Counted from the first letter of the stretch, positions 45,043 to 55,187 are shown. The stretch is 64,000 nt of DNA from IMGVR_UViG_3300022745_000017:62001-126000, one strand, 5' to 3'. Numbers and translations: made by a program. The notes: a model not told the origin generated them from the letters alone.

Positions 45043-46632
45043 ATGGAATCTCTTTTATTGCCAACAGAGGTCACCTTTTCCTCACTCAGAGGACTGTCGA
45101 CTAACAAAGATCGACAGATTACAGATGGGGTTCTGCGAGTGATTCTCGCAGGCGACTACGCTGGGGCACTGATTTCAAGCGGAGTGAAGTATTACTCTTT
45201 TAACCCCAACAAACTCATTGATGAGTCTAGTGAGCGAGACTTTCCAATAAAGCCACAGCCCTTTAACCTCAGTGATCCGAGACTCTTTATTAAAGATGGC
45301 TGGATCTGGTTGAAGTGGTTGGAACCCCAGTGTTATCACGAGATCAAACTCTGTCAAAGTGAAGGAGTCATTAGCGATCCAACTACTACGTCACACGGCA
45401 GACCATTGATAGGGTATCTGGCTGAGGGCTTGCGACTATCCAGACAACAACTCCAAAAGGACAAACATTCTGAGGAGTGGTTCCATCAGCTACAAGTGCT
45501 CATCGGGTACATCCTGGCAGTAAACAGCTTTAATCAAATGCACTTTTCGGGCTACAAAGAAAAGCCCAATCTGGAGTTCTCTATGTCTGAACAAAAACAC
45601 TTCCATTTCCCCAAGATCCCCGACTTCTACAAAGCTCAGCGTGATATGCGCAAGTATTGTGAGTACAAGAAGATCCCTCTGCCCGTTCAGCGGTTTCGTG
45701 GCACCCCTAAGCTGCATGGAACCAATGCGGGGGTGTTGATGAGCTTGCGAACCAAAGAGATCTATGCGGTCTCTCGTGAGCAAATCCTCAGTGACCAACT
45801 CCCCTTGGGTGGCTTTTACGCTCACTTCAAGGAAAACGAAAACTTCTATCGCATCTATCTCGAAGCCATGGTGGATAGTTTGCCACACAGTGAGAATGCG
45901 ACACATGTCGGTGTGTGGGGTGAGTGGGTTGGTGCTGGTGTTCAAGCGCTGTTTAACAAGGCCGCCATCTCCAAGATCCCCAAGACACACATTCTCTTGC
46001 GCGGTGCGTTCATCACTGACCGAGGTGAAAAGGAATCACTGAAAGAGTGGTTCCACCGCATCAACCACGATTTCTGGATCAACGCGGTGGACGACTTGCT
46101 GCCGTGTGCAAGGCACATCTTCGAGTTCCCTTGCCTGGAAGTCGAGGTGGACTTCACAAAGCCCGATGCGATCCAAAACGAACTGGTAGTCTATACCCAG
46201 GCTTACGAGAAAGAGTGTCCTGTGGCAGCTACCTACGGGATCAACGGCGTGGGTGAAGGCATCGTTTGGCACAATGTGCCTGATGGTGGGGATTGGCCTG
46301 ACATCACTTTCAAGGTCAAGGGCCAAGAGCACAGCAAGTCGCATGTACGACCCCTGGATGCGAAGAACCAAGATAAGGTGGAAGCCATCAATCGGTTCGT
46401 AACCGAAGCTGCTTCACCGATGCGCATGTCTGAGATCGCGCAGAAGATGAAAGACAATGGCTACGAGCTGATTTACGAATACCGAAATGTCTTCGTGGGT
46501 CGTGTGTGTAAAGACATCCACGATGAAGAGGCGTGGAAGCTGGAAAACACGGACATTGGTTGGGGCAACTGTACACCGGGGATTGTGCGTATCGCGCACA
46601 ACTGGTGGGCTGAGCTAACCAAGATGGCTTAA
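45043..46632 (+). CDS. Rnl2-family RNA ligase with a 180-aa N-terminal extension
   Basis: Motif I PKLHGTN, motif III WGEW, motif IV GEGIV, motif V FKVKG; internal GGAG-ATG at 45583. Confidence 0.85.
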   Translation: MESLLLPTEVTFSSLRGLSTNKDRQITDGVLRVILAGDYAGALISSGVKYYSFNPNKLIDESSERDFPIKPQPFNLSDPRLFIKDGWIWLKWLEPQCYHEIKLCQSEGVISDPTTTSHGRPLIGYLAEGLRLSRQQLQKDKHSEEWFHQLQVLIGYILAVNSFNQMHFSGYKEKPNLEFSMSEQKHFHFPKIPDFYKAQRDMRKYCEYKKIPLPVQRFRGTPKLHGTNAGVLMSLRTKEIYAVSREQILSDQLPLGGFYAHFKENENFYRIYLEAMVDSLPHSENATHVGVWGEWVGAGVQALFNKAAISKIPKTHILLRGAFITDRGEKESLKEWFHRINHDFWINAVDDLLPCARHIFEFPCLEVEVDFTKPDAIQNELVVYTQAYEKECPVAATYGINGVGEGIVWHNVPDGGDWPDITFKVKGQEHSKSHVRPLDAKNQDKVEAINRFVTEAASPMRMSEIAQKMKDNGYELIYEYRNVFVGRVCKDIHDEEAWKLENTDIGWGNCTPGIVRIAHNWWAELTKMA

Positions 46633-46634
46633 AG

Positions 46635-46675
46635 CACATATCACCACAGTGGTGAGGAGAAACCCTCACCACTGT
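46635..46675 (+). promoter_or_regulatory. Early promoter CACATATCAC plus 5' hairpin
   Basis: Motif 46635-46644; acagtggtgagg/cctcaccactgt. Confidence 0.65.
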
Positions 46676-46701
46676 TTCAAACTACATTGAGGTACATGAA
46701 A

Positions 46702-47505
46702 ATGACTGAAGAACACTTATATCAACAACGTGTTGATTACGAAGCACGGCGTCACGAAATGATAAGAAAACTAAAACGGTATCGGTTAGTTGCCGAAAAA
46801 ATGCCCCGGCAACTACTAGAGAAAGACTTCGTTAAAGAAGACGCTGCCTTTTGCCGAATTGCTGACTACTGTCAGAGAACAGCTGATAGTTTTGGCTTTA
46901 CTGAAAATAAGCACGCCAGAGAAGAGGTGTTGGCTTACCTCAATCGTTTCTATCTGCGCAAGATAAAGGCGCGGGCTTGTCCAGAAATAGCCAAACACAA
47001 TCGGCGCTTGCTCGATAACATCTTGGCAAAGCAGTCCGGTATGTCTATTTTTGCCAAATGTGACGATGAAGAAGAGCTGGTGATACGCAACATCATTGGT
47101 GAGTCGATTGACTGGCATTTGCGACCTAAGCATTGGTTCGACTATGGTGGTGGTCATATTTACTACAAATTGGGTTGGCTAGACTACCTGAGACTACATC
47201 CGTTAGAGCAGTACGAAGATAGCCAACGGATAGAATATGAAATGGAGGGGGGTACGACAAAAACTGTCAAAGAACTCAAAGGCTTAGATCCAAGTACGGC
47301 ACACCGCTGGTTCAAGTATTGCTTGGCCAAGTTAGAAGAGTACACCAAAGGAACCAGCCAAGAACAAAAGGTTTGGTTCCGTAAAGAAAATGTGCTCACC
47401 AAGTTCGAAGCTCTAGAGTATGTGTATTTCGTACTCGATCTGAAAACCATTCGGATCGTAGTGCAACTAGACTGCTTTGCAGCCGAGGTACTAGACTCGG
47501 TGTAA
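46702..47505 (+). CDS. Hypothetical protein
   Basis: Start chosen at GAGG spacing; basic, helical. Confidence 0.7.
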   Translation: MTEEHLYQQRVDYEARRHEMIRKLKRYRLVAEKMPRQLLEKDFVKEDAAFCRIADYCQRTADSFGFTENKHAREEVLAYLNRFYLRKIKARACPEIAKHNRRLLDNILAKQSGMSIFAKCDDEEELVIRNIIGESIDWHLRPKHWFDYGGGHIYYKLGWLDYLRLHPLEQYEDSQRIEYEMEGGTTKTVKELKGLDPSTAHRWFKYCLAKLEEYTKGTSQEQKVWFRKENVLTKFEALEYVYFVLDLKTIRIVVQLDCFAAEVLDSV

Positions 47506-47561
47506 TGTAGTTTAAGTAGCTTTTATCAACCTCCAACCAACACTCACTAGGAGTCTTTACC

Positions 47562-47969
47562 ATGAAAACCTTCTCCCTGGAAAACAGACCCAGCAACACC
47601 ACTACCTTTCGCAAGAAAGCTCTGGCGCATGCCGTGTTCATCACCGAGCCCTTTATTGCCCAGACGCAAGAAGGACCCATCGAGTACAGCCCGGCGACAT
47701 GTGAAAACTGGGAGGGTGGCTACTGGTTGGTTTACCCGGATGACGGCAGCAAGCCTTACGGCTGGAGCCCCAAGTTCTGCCGGGAAAACATGGTCGCTGT
47801 CACTATTGGTGATGTGAAACCATCGCTGCTTGATCGCATCAAGTGTGCACTTGGCTGGCACAAGTGGAGCTGGAAGCTGTTCGCCGAAGACGACGTTGAT
47901 CGCAAGCATGCGCGACTGGACTGCCCGCCTGATACCCGGTGCAGCTCTTGCAAGCAGCGTCACGGCTAA
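47562..47969 (+). CDS. Small protein resembling PGDYG-like phage domains, with a C-terminal Cys cluster
   Basis: FRKKA.AHAV...TQEG...GYWLVYPDDG..YGWSP.F; C-terminal C...C..C; AGGAG RBS. Confidence 0.6.
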   Translation: MKTFSLENRPSNTTTFRKKALAHAVFITEPFIAQTQEGPIEYSPATCENWEGGYWLVYPDDGSKPYGWSPKFCRENMVAVTIGDVKPSLLDRIKCALGWHKWSWKLFAEDDVDRKHARLDCPPDTRCSSCKQRHG

Positions 47970-47987
47970 CACCCAAAAAGTTTAAGC

Positions 47988-48036
47988 CACATATCACTCA
48001 CTTGGTGCGGTCGCGCAGACATGCACCAAGTGAGTG
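47988..48036 (+). promoter_or_regulatory. Early promoter CACATATCAC plus 14-bp hairpin
   Basis: Motif 47988-47997; cactcacttggtgc/gcaccaagtgagtg. Confidence 0.65.
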
Positions 48037-48077
48037 TTTAGCTCATTTATTTTCTACCCCTGTAAGAAGGATTAACA

Positions 48078-49385
48078 ATGTTCGAATTGATCAAAGAATA
48101 CCCCACCCTCTCTGCTGCGATTGGTATGGCCAGTGTCACCGTCATCGGGATGGGTCGGCAGTTTCTAACCATGGCGGTCAGTAAGTTGTCGGGCTTGTAT
48201 AAACACGAGTTTAGCATCGACAGCGACAATGTGCTGTTTTCAAGCCTGCTTCAATATATCAAGGAAAATGTGCGCGGCGTTCGCAGCTTTAAGGTGACTA
48301 ACTTTTTCGCTGGAGATATGGTAGCCCACGGCAACTGGATTACAAATGATTTTGAATATCGTGAATTGGTCGTTAACTTAATACCTGAGAATATAGCCGG
48401 TATTTTGCGATTAGGCGGTGTTTTATACATCATTCGTGTTAGTGCTACTGAGTCTCGGATTGCCGGCACAGGAACAAATTCTTTAACCACGCAGAAAACA
48501 CGTATTACAATTACCGCTTTCACCAGTGACCTGGAAAAAGCTAAACTCATATTTGAACAGGTAAATAATCGTAATCGGGCGCGTGAATCAAAAGCATTGA
48601 AATACTGTAACTCAAAAGGTGCAATTTATATCCTAAGGGATCAAAACGTGAGAGAGCGCAAGAATCTCCGCCACTTTGAAAATTTAGCAGTAAAGGCATG
48701 CATCACGGAGGAGCTCATCGCTGACATTCGCAAGTTCATGGATGCACAAGATACCTATCATCGCACTGGCTGTACATGGAAGCGTATTTATCTGCTGCAC
48801 GGTCCTAGCGGCACTGGCAAGACTTCTTTGGCGATGGCAGCAGCAAACCATTTCAGAAGTGATATTTACTATATCCAGATGGGCTTGATCAGAAGTGGTA
48901 GCTTCAGTGAAACACTCAACCAGTGTGGGAAATTTAAGTTCATCCTGATTGATGACATCACTTCATCTGGGCTTGACTTGTCTGACAGCGAAGAGTCGGT
49001 TAAAGCGAGCGAAAGCTTACTGCTAAGACAACCAACCTTGGCTGAGATCTTGACAGGTCTGGACGGCCCCGATAGCCCTGAAGCACAAATCATCTTCATC
49101 ACCACTAACCACATCAATCGCTTGTCGGATAACTTTGTTCGCACAGGTCGCATCGACAAAGCGTTCTTGATTGGCAATGCTGGTCAAGAAGAGCAACGCA
49201 AGATCGCTGCGATGTACTACGATACGGTAGTTCCAGGGGTAGATGCATATATCAAGCCTTCTCGCGTGGTAGAGATCGTTCGAAGCGCAGAGAGTGCTGA
49301 GCAGGCTCAAGCTGCACTGGAGGTGGAGGTCGTCAATAACCCAGGGATCGGGTACGAGCAAGAATACACGGTCAAGCTGGACTAA
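48078..49385 (+). CDS. BCS1-like membrane-anchored AAA+ ATPase, copy 1
   Basis: N-terminal hydrophobic helix, HGPSGTGKTS, ILIDD, ITTNH, RTGRID. Confidence 0.85.
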   Translation: MFELIKEYPTLSAAIGMASVTVIGMGRQFLTMAVSKLSGLYKHEFSIDSDNVLFSSLLQYIKENVRGVRSFKVTNFFAGDMVAHGNWITNDFEYRELVVNLIPENIAGILRLGGVLYIIRVSATESRIAGTGTNSLTTQKTRITITAFTSDLEKAKLIFEQVNNRNRARESKALKYCNSKGAIYILRDQNVRERKNLRHFENLAVKACITEELIADIRKFMDAQDTYHRTGCTWKRIYLLHGPSGTGKTSLAMAAANHFRSDIYYIQMGLIRSGSFSETLNQCGKFKFILIDDITSSGLDLSDSEESVKASESLLLRQPTLAEILTGLDGPDSPEAQIIFITTNHINRLSDNFVRTGRIDKAFLIGNAGQEEQRKIAAMYYDTVVPGVDAYIKPSRVVEIVRSAESAEQAQAALEVEVVNNPGIGYEQEYTVKLD

Positions 49386-49478
49386 TCGGAAAAACAACTG
49401 GGGATTGCTCAATCCCCAGCTTAACTTTTAAAGGAGTGCATATGAGTACCTACAAGTATAGTGTCTTGCAAAGGCGAG

Positions 49479-49619
49479 ATGAGAGGTGGTGTTTTGGAGT
49501 TCGATGCTGTCGTTGGGCGAAAAGAAACCTTACGGCAGTATTTGGATGAGCGCTACTTTGAGCGACTCGAAGCTCTCAAAGCGCTCGGTGTAGAGCGCAT
49601 TATCTACGGATTTGACTGA
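49479..49619 (+). pseudogene. Truncated or minimal paralog of 44582..45031
   Basis: Hand translation: MRGGVLEFDAVVGRKETLRQYLDERYFERLEALKALGVERIIYGFD. A good AGGAG-ATG at 49442 is in another frame. Confidence 0.5.
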
Positions 49620-50137
49620 TGAAAAACAAACTCATTGCTCGGCGTAAATCGATCGCTAACAAGATCATTTTCAACAACGGGTACTTGGATTGCAATACGC
49701 TCTTAAACCCGGACTACACGATCCCCAAAATCATCGCCCGTTTTTCAACAAACGCTGCGACACTGTTTGGTTTTGCCAGGCGATATATCTCGGTCTATGA
49801 CCAAGACGAGAGGATGTCCAAAGGCTGGCTTAGTGGCAGTTTCATGTCTTACTTTGCACAGGCTTATCTCCTCCAACGGTTTGCTAAAGCGCTTGACCAT
49901 AACCCAGGCGACAATATCGCTGAACAGTTACGAGAGCTGTTTTATGATTACGCCTGGGAGGGATCATGTAAAATCGACTTAGCTTCGCTTAAGAAGGTCA
50001 TATTGTTGCACAAAAAGTTAACCCGTCTTCACAGCAAACGTAAAATACATCTGTCGAAAGCGGTCTTATATGACAACGAGATAATCATCAGCGTAAAAGG
50101 ATATAGTTGTACTGTAGAAATAATCAGGCCCATATAA
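49619..50137 (+). CDS. Hypothetical basic protein
   Basis: 172 aa, TGATG coupling. Confidence 0.6.
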   Translation: MKNKLIARRKSIANKIIFNNGYLDCNTLLNPDYTIPKIIARFSTNAATLFGFARRYISVYDQDERMSKGWLSGSFMSYFAQAYLLQRFAKALDHNPGDNIAEQLRELFYDYAWEGSCKIDLASLKKVILLHKKLTRLHSKRKIHLSKAVLYDNEIIISVKGYSCTVEIIRPI

Positions 50138-50186
50138 CTAACCCGGACTCTCTTGTCCTTTCACAACCTTTCATGATTGGAATGCC

Positions 50187-50855
50187 ATGAAATCACTCTT
50201 CGAAATGCACACCGACATCCTGGCCCACCATATCCAGCACGACCCAGCTCAAGCGGCTAAGGTCAAGCTGCTGGATGCCATCGGCAAATGCCTGGGGAAT
50301 ATTTACAAAAGGCCCGTGGCTACCACGATCTGTACTGACCTCAAGAGCGCCGCTAACTCACTCTTCGACGAGATCGAAGACGCTCCTGACGGCATTTACA
50401 GCAACATCGCTGTACAGCAAGGCGTTGGTGAAGCTAGCGACTTGTTTGAGCGCAGCGCTGTTGTCATCTATACGGCTGAGCCCCATTTGGTGGGTAATGT
50501 AGGCGATGCCTATTTGCCCAGCACCGGCATCTGGAAGCACAAGCTCTTGCAGTTTGGTGCTGCTTGGGTTGAGCGCTTGCAGCAGCTTGGCTTCAGTATC
50601 GATGATGCTGTGGTTTTGTCGCCCCAGGACTACGGGATCAATGAAAGCTGTATATTGTTTCACAAGGACGATGTGTGGCTTGAGTTGCGTGTGAGTTACT
50701 GGCGCAAGCTCGACCCGGCAGAAATGTCTGATTGGCCACATGGAGCTTACGAGCAAAGCCCGAAGTATCGTCTGGCACCGGCTGGCCGCACGAACTTGGT
50801 AGACAATCAGTCGTGCTTCGTGCGGGTTCGTGCTAAGGACACTGCTGGCGAGTAA
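50187..50855 (+). CDS. Hypothetical protein
   Basis: 222 aa, followed by hairpin 50865-50891 and a T-run. Confidence 0.75.
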   Translation: MKSLFEMHTDILAHHIQHDPAQAAKVKLLDAIGKCLGNIYKRPVATTICTDLKSAANSLFDEIEDAPDGIYSNIAVQQGVGEASDLFERSAVVIYTAEPHLVGNVGDAYLPSTGIWKHKLLQFGAAWVERLQQLGFSIDDAVVLSPQDYGINESCILFHKDDVWLELRVSYWRKLDPAEMSDWPHGAYEQSPKYRLAPAGRTNLVDNQSCFVRVRAKDTAGE

Positions 50856-50915
50856 GTCTTTTCAGGGTGGTGCTATAATCTAGCACCACCCCACTCATTT
50901 TCTTTTTGAGGACAC

Positions 50916-51482
50916 ATGGAAAACCCAACAAACGTGCAAAACAGCCTTGAATACCTGCAAACACTGCGTGATGCAGGCGTTGATAAGACTGATATTTTAG
51001 GACGACTTACTGAGCAAGAAATGCTTTTGCTCAGTAAGCTATTGCTTACACCGGTTGACAAGTCATTCGTGCTTTGGCAAAACATCGATGTGTCACGTTT
51101 TTATCCAAACAGTGCGCCAGAAACTGACGCACTGCCTGTTGCAAAATTGTCGTTTGACTTGGCGGCACTTGTAGATGGTTACAAGGGTGAGGTTATTGTC
51201 AGCAGTCGTGACGAGTCCATCAGCGACATTCGTCAGCAGGCGATGTTCGCTCATCACTACAACCATGCCGACTACTACAGCATCACAAATTGGCCTAAAA
51301 ACCAATACAGCGATGATTTAAAGAAAGGACTTGGGCCATGCTCTGGGTTTCTGGATAAGATATCAGACACTATCTTGGATGAGTACTATTTTGCAACAAA
51401 GCAAGTCGAGGAGGCTATCCTCTTAGTGATCTTATGCACTACTATCGCCATTGACATTTGCTTCAAACCAGTGAAAGGTTAA
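50916..51482 (+). CDS. Hypothetical protein
   Basis: 188 aa, GAGGA RBS. Confidence 0.7.
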   Translation: MENPTNVQNSLEYLQTLRDAGVDKTDILGRLTEQEMLLLSKLLLTPVDKSFVLWQNIDVSRFYPNSAPETDALPVAKLSFDLAALVDGYKGEVIVSSRDESISDIRQQAMFAHHYNHADYYSITNWPKNQYSDDLKKGLGPCSGFLDKISDTILDEYYFATKQVEEAILLVILCTTIAIDICFKPVKG

Positions 51483-51487
51483 ACATC

Positions 51488-52171
51488 ATGAAACAGTATA
51501 TCCTGCCATCGTTTAATAACCTGGCCACCTTCTGCGAATTATATTTCAAAGATAACCCTGAAGCGTTCGGTAAGTTCCGGCAGATGTGTGGAAGAATCGA
51601 CTCCATGGTAAATGGAGCTCCGGCCCAACTACTCTACAACAACCGGATGGTAGTAGGGTTAGAGTTGGCTTCCGCTGCGCCGTTCTTTTGTGAGCCGCGT
51701 GAAGGCTACCGGATGATGCTGCGCATCGAGGAGCTCAAAATCCTCATGGGCGGTTCGCCATATTCGGATGGCTCTGAGACGATAGATGTGCTCACTACCG
51801 CTCCATCGGTGGTCATTGAGCATTTCTTTAAAGATGCTTTCGATCACTTGTTAGGTATGAACATCTATAGCCACAACACCGACCATACCGGCTTTCACTA
51901 CATCAACGCCCCAGTTGGCAAAGGTGCGTACTTAGCTGTCACAAAGAAGTATCTTCCAGACTTCTTTGTGAGATTGAGAATGGGTCTATGGCGCAAAATT
52001 CACCACCATGACAAATTGACAATGGGTGAGTTGCTGGATAGCGACTTTGTTGAAAATCTAACAGCAGCGTTTGGGGTGCATCAAAAATCTACAGTACTTA
52101 TGCCGCTGACAGATAAACAAGTCGGTGAGTTTGCTGAGCAAGCTCGTAAAGAAAAACAACCCAAGTCATGA
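51488..52171 (+). CDS. Hypothetical protein
   Basis: Start moved to MKQYIL after AAAGG. Confidence 0.7.
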   Translation: MKQYILPSFNNLATFCELYFKDNPEAFGKFRQMCGRIDSMVNGAPAQLLYNNRMVVGLELASAAPFFCEPREGYRMMLRIEELKILMGGSPYSDGSETIDVLTTAPSVVIEHFFKDAFDHLLGMNIYSHNTDHTGFHYINAPVGKGAYLAVTKKYLPDFFVRLRMGLWRKIHHHDKLTMGELLDSDFVENLTAAFGVHQKSTVLMPLTDKQVGEFAEQARKEKQPKS

Positions 52172-52181
52172 AAGGTTAGTC

Positions 52182-52586
52182 ATGGATAAGCAAATCATCG
52201 AGATGATGGACCGGGAACTCACCCTGCTCCAAGATGCCTTGAAATACGGGCTGGATAGCGTTGCCTTTTGTACATGTCCTACTAATACACCGCTATTCTT
52301 GCAGCTATATGCCAAAGTCTCCACACAGCGAAATTCGTGTCAATTCGAACTACCTGCTTCAAGCATCGAAACTCTGTTCTTTACAGCGTGTGAAGAATCA
52401 GAGCCCACCATCTTGAGGCTGTTTAGTCCGAGATCAGAAATAACTGACGAGGGCCAGCGCAGACATCTGGCGCGCCTGTCATTTGTTTTGGTCAATGCGA
52501 TGTCCTTCAACCAGTGTAAGGACATCGCCCGGTATGTTGGGCGAGAAGATGAGTTCGTGCACAGCTGGATGTACTGGGCTGGTTAA
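52182..52586 (+). CDS. Hypothetical protein
   Basis: Start moved to MDKQII after GAAAGG. Confidence 0.65.
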   Translation: MDKQIIEMMDRELTLLQDALKYGLDSVAFCTCPTNTPLFLQLYAKVSTQRNSCQFELPASSIETLFFTACEESEPTILRLFSPRSEITDEGQRRHLARLSFVLVNAMSFNQCKDIARYVGREDEFVHSWMYWAG

Positions 52587-52592
52587 GGAATA

Positions 52593-52640
52593 GTAGTAGC
52601 AGGGAGAGGTCTTGACCTCTCCCTGCTACTACGCTTATTT
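52593..52640 (+). terminator. 19-bp hairpin with CTTG loop region
   Basis: gtagtagcagggagaggtc-tt-gacctctccctgctactac, then gcttatttt. Confidence 0.7.
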
Positions 52641-52659
52641 TTGTTAAGAAGGATTAGAA

Positions 52660-53880
52660 ATGATAGAATCGTTAAGCAGTCTGCCTACTGTGTCTTTGTT
52701 AGCTGGTGGGCTTGTCATGTCCCTTGCGACACTTGGCCGGTCTTATATCAACAAAGCGTTTATAAGCATATCTGAACGGTTTCTTCAGCGCTTTACTATC
52801 TGTCTAGGTGAAGATGGGCACAGCCAGCTTGTCTGGTATATCTCTACCCATCCTAGTATTGTCAATGCTTACAACACAAAAATCATTCGAACGGTTAAAG
52901 GGTCTTATCCGACCTGGAACCGGGATGGTGATGACAATAGTCGTTTTCATCAACATGTACAGCCTATTCCAGCTAAGGTATCAGGCTACATGCGTGTGCT
53001 CTCGACTCTTGTGTTCATCAAGTCCGATATTCAAAAAGATCGCTCGGACTCGATGGGGGATATTAGCATTACGGTGTTTACACTCGATGAGCAACGTGCT
53101 AAGAGTGTGATAGAGCATATGCTTAATAGAGGAGCTGCTCACCGCATCCATACTAATCGACAAAACAGTGAGTCTAGGATTAAAGTACCGGGCACAAATT
53201 CCAACTGGACAACATTTCCGAATACGCGTGACTTGAGTAAGTTGTATTTGAAGAAAGGTCTTAAAGAAGAGATCATTCGAGATTTGACGGAGTTCATGAA
53301 CTCTCCTGATCTGTACTACAAACGCGGTACGCCGTGGCGTAGAAACTACATGTTCCACGGCCCAAGCGGAACGGGTAAAACTTCTTTGGTATTGGCGCTT
53401 GCCAACCACTTTAAGACAGATGTCAGCATAGTTCAGTTGTCTACCGTTGTACGCGGAAAGTTAGCGTATACCTTGACGAGCATTGGTACATTCTCCTTCG
53501 TACTCATAGAAGACGCCGACCGTGATCAGCTCCGCCCAACAAAAACCGGTATGCTTGAAGAAGTGTTAGGGCCTAGCTTGAGTGAGTTGTTTCAAGCGTT
53601 TGACGGGCCAGCGAGCACAGAGGCGCAGATCATCTTTATCAATACGAACAACCCTGACGCGTTTGATAAAGACCTCTTGCGCCCAGGTCGCATTGACCGT
53701 GAGTTCTACATCGGACTGATGGAGCAAGAGCAACAAGTGAGCCTGAGCGAGCTCTACTACGACACACCTGTAACTGGAGTGGTAACGCCTATCAAACCCG
53801 CAGCGGTGCAACAAGTCTACCAGATGTGTAAAACACCACAGCAAGCGCAAGCAAGACTCGAAGAGTTAGCTAACATGTAA
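52660..53880 (+). CDS. BCS1-like membrane-anchored AAA+ ATPase, copy 2
   Basis: N-terminal hydrophobic helix, HGPSGTGKTS, VLIEDAD, INTNN, RPGRID. Confidence 0.85.
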   Translation: MIESLSSLPTVSLLAGGLVMSLATLGRSYINKAFISISERFLQRFTICLGEDGHSQLVWYISTHPSIVNAYNTKIIRTVKGSYPTWNRDGDDNSRFHQHVQPIPAKVSGYMRVLSTLVFIKSDIQKDRSDSMGDISITVFTLDEQRAKSVIEHMLNRGAAHRIHTNRQNSESRIKVPGTNSNWTTFPNTRDLSKLYLKKGLKEEIIRDLTEFMNSPDLYYKRGTPWRRNYMFHGPSGTGKTSLVLALANHFKTDVSIVQLSTVVRGKLAYTLTSIGTFSFVLIEDADRDQLRPTKTGMLEEVLGPSLSELFQAFDGPASTEAQIIFINTNNPDAFDKDLLRPGRIDREFYIGLMEQEQQVSLSELYYDTPVTGVVTPIKPAAVQQVYQMCKTPQQAQARLEELANM

Positions 53881-53887
53881 GCATTAT

Positions 53888-53923
53888 TTTCACACCACAG
53901 CGCTAAATTGCTGTGGTGTGAAA
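53888..53923 (+). terminator. 15-bp hairpin
   Basis: tttcacaccacagcg/tgctgtggtgtgaaa followed by a T-rich tract. Confidence 0.6.
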
Positions 53924-53954
53924 CCTTTTCGTTCTTTTTATTTGGAGTAAGACT

Positions 53955-54623
53955 ATGCTTGAAATCTGTAAGCCCTCTTTTAAAAGTCTCTCAGGTGCTA
54001 TCGCCCATGAGCTTTGTCGCAATAACGTGTCTCCAGACTTGGCTAAATTGACCGATGTCTGTAAGAGCCTAGACAGTACTAACACATTCGGACACTACTG
54101 CAACTACACAACCATTTATTCAGAGGGTAAGAGGTATGTCGATCGATTCTTTGTTGATGGGGCTAATCGAACAGCTCACACTGAAGATGGTTACTATGTC
54201 GAGTACTGGGTAAAACTGGTGCTCGATAAGAGATGTCATTTCTTGACAAAAGGTGATACGTTGGGTGAGCGCTGTATTTCGCCCTTGTTTTCAAAAACCA
54301 TTGAGGGCACACGTCTGGAATCGGCCCTGAGTAAACTCGGTTTTGTATGTCCAGACACCGGGGGATTTCGAGGCAAGATTACTAACAAAGGAGCTACTCT
54401 AGAGTTTATCTCCGAAATAAGCAATAGGTTTCCGGTCGTAATGATTGATGCTTGGTTGCGCAAGCACTTTGATGCTGACTCACAGCTAAGCTGGGCTGAC
54501 ATTGAGCTAGGTAAGAAAGCCGGTTTCACCGATATGAGTGACTGGTTGCGTAAAGACCCGAGCCGTGTCGTAGACATCGATGTGCCTGTATTACCTGAGA
54601 CAAGCGTCTTGCTAGAGAGATGA
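53955..54623 (+). CDS. Hypothetical protein
   Basis: 222 aa, GGAG RBS. Confidence 0.7.
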   Translation: MLEICKPSFKSLSGAIAHELCRNNVSPDLAKLTDVCKSLDSTNTFGHYCNYTTIYSEGKRYVDRFFVDGANRTAHTEDGYYVEYWVKLVLDKRCHFLTKGDTLGERCISPLFSKTIEGTRLESALSKLGFVCPDTGGFRGKITNKGATLEFISEISNRFPVVMIDAWLRKHFDADSQLSWADIELGKKAGFTDMSDWLRKDPSRVVDIDVPVLPETSVLLER

Positions 54624-54716
54624 CCCCTCAAACAAGATAATATCAACCCCATATTACAGCTGAGCATATGGATCTAAGCCAGTGCTCTGTTGTAACTCCT
54701 TTAAAAGGAAATCGTT

Positions 54717-55163
54717 GTGAAAATCACTCCCACCCCCATGCATGAAGTCAATTTGAAGTTCTTTATCGAAATGCTTGGCTTGACAGATACTGAGGCCAAA
54801 ATGCTCACCGAGGCGGCTACACCTGGTCGCCATTGGGCTACTGCTCCGGGCTATGGTTCAAGTATTTATCTGTGCACAGACAAAGAAAACAGACTCACCT
54901 ATGGTGATTGGGCTGTGGTGTGTAATACATACCCTCTGTTTGTGCGTTACTTTTACGGTGAGCAAAATACAGCAGCTGAGAAAGAAGATGAGTCTGATCA
55001 AGCGCTCACTATAGTCAAGCGATTACTACCTAGTCTTTTCCCCAAAGACACCATTGTGACTAGCAGCCATCTCCCTGGTGACAATATCTATAAGTTTTCA
55101 ATGGAGTCTATGCATCTGAACTTTGATGTGTTTGTTTGCAAAAACCCCGACGCACTTAACTGA
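54717..55163 (+). CDS. Hypothetical protein, paralog of 55188
   Basis: Shared PGRxW, TDKxNxLxYGxW, RLLP..PK, FDVFV.K. Confidence 0.75.
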   Translation: MKITPTPMHEVNLKFFIEMLGLTDTEAKMLTEAATPGRHWATAPGYGSSIYLCTDKENRLTYGDWAVVCNTYPLFVRYFYGEQNTAAEKEDESDQALTIVKRLLPSLFPKDTIVTSSHLPGDNIYKFSMESMHLNFDVFVCKNPDALN

Positions 55164-55187
55164 TTACCGAGCGTAGTCCAAAAGGAG

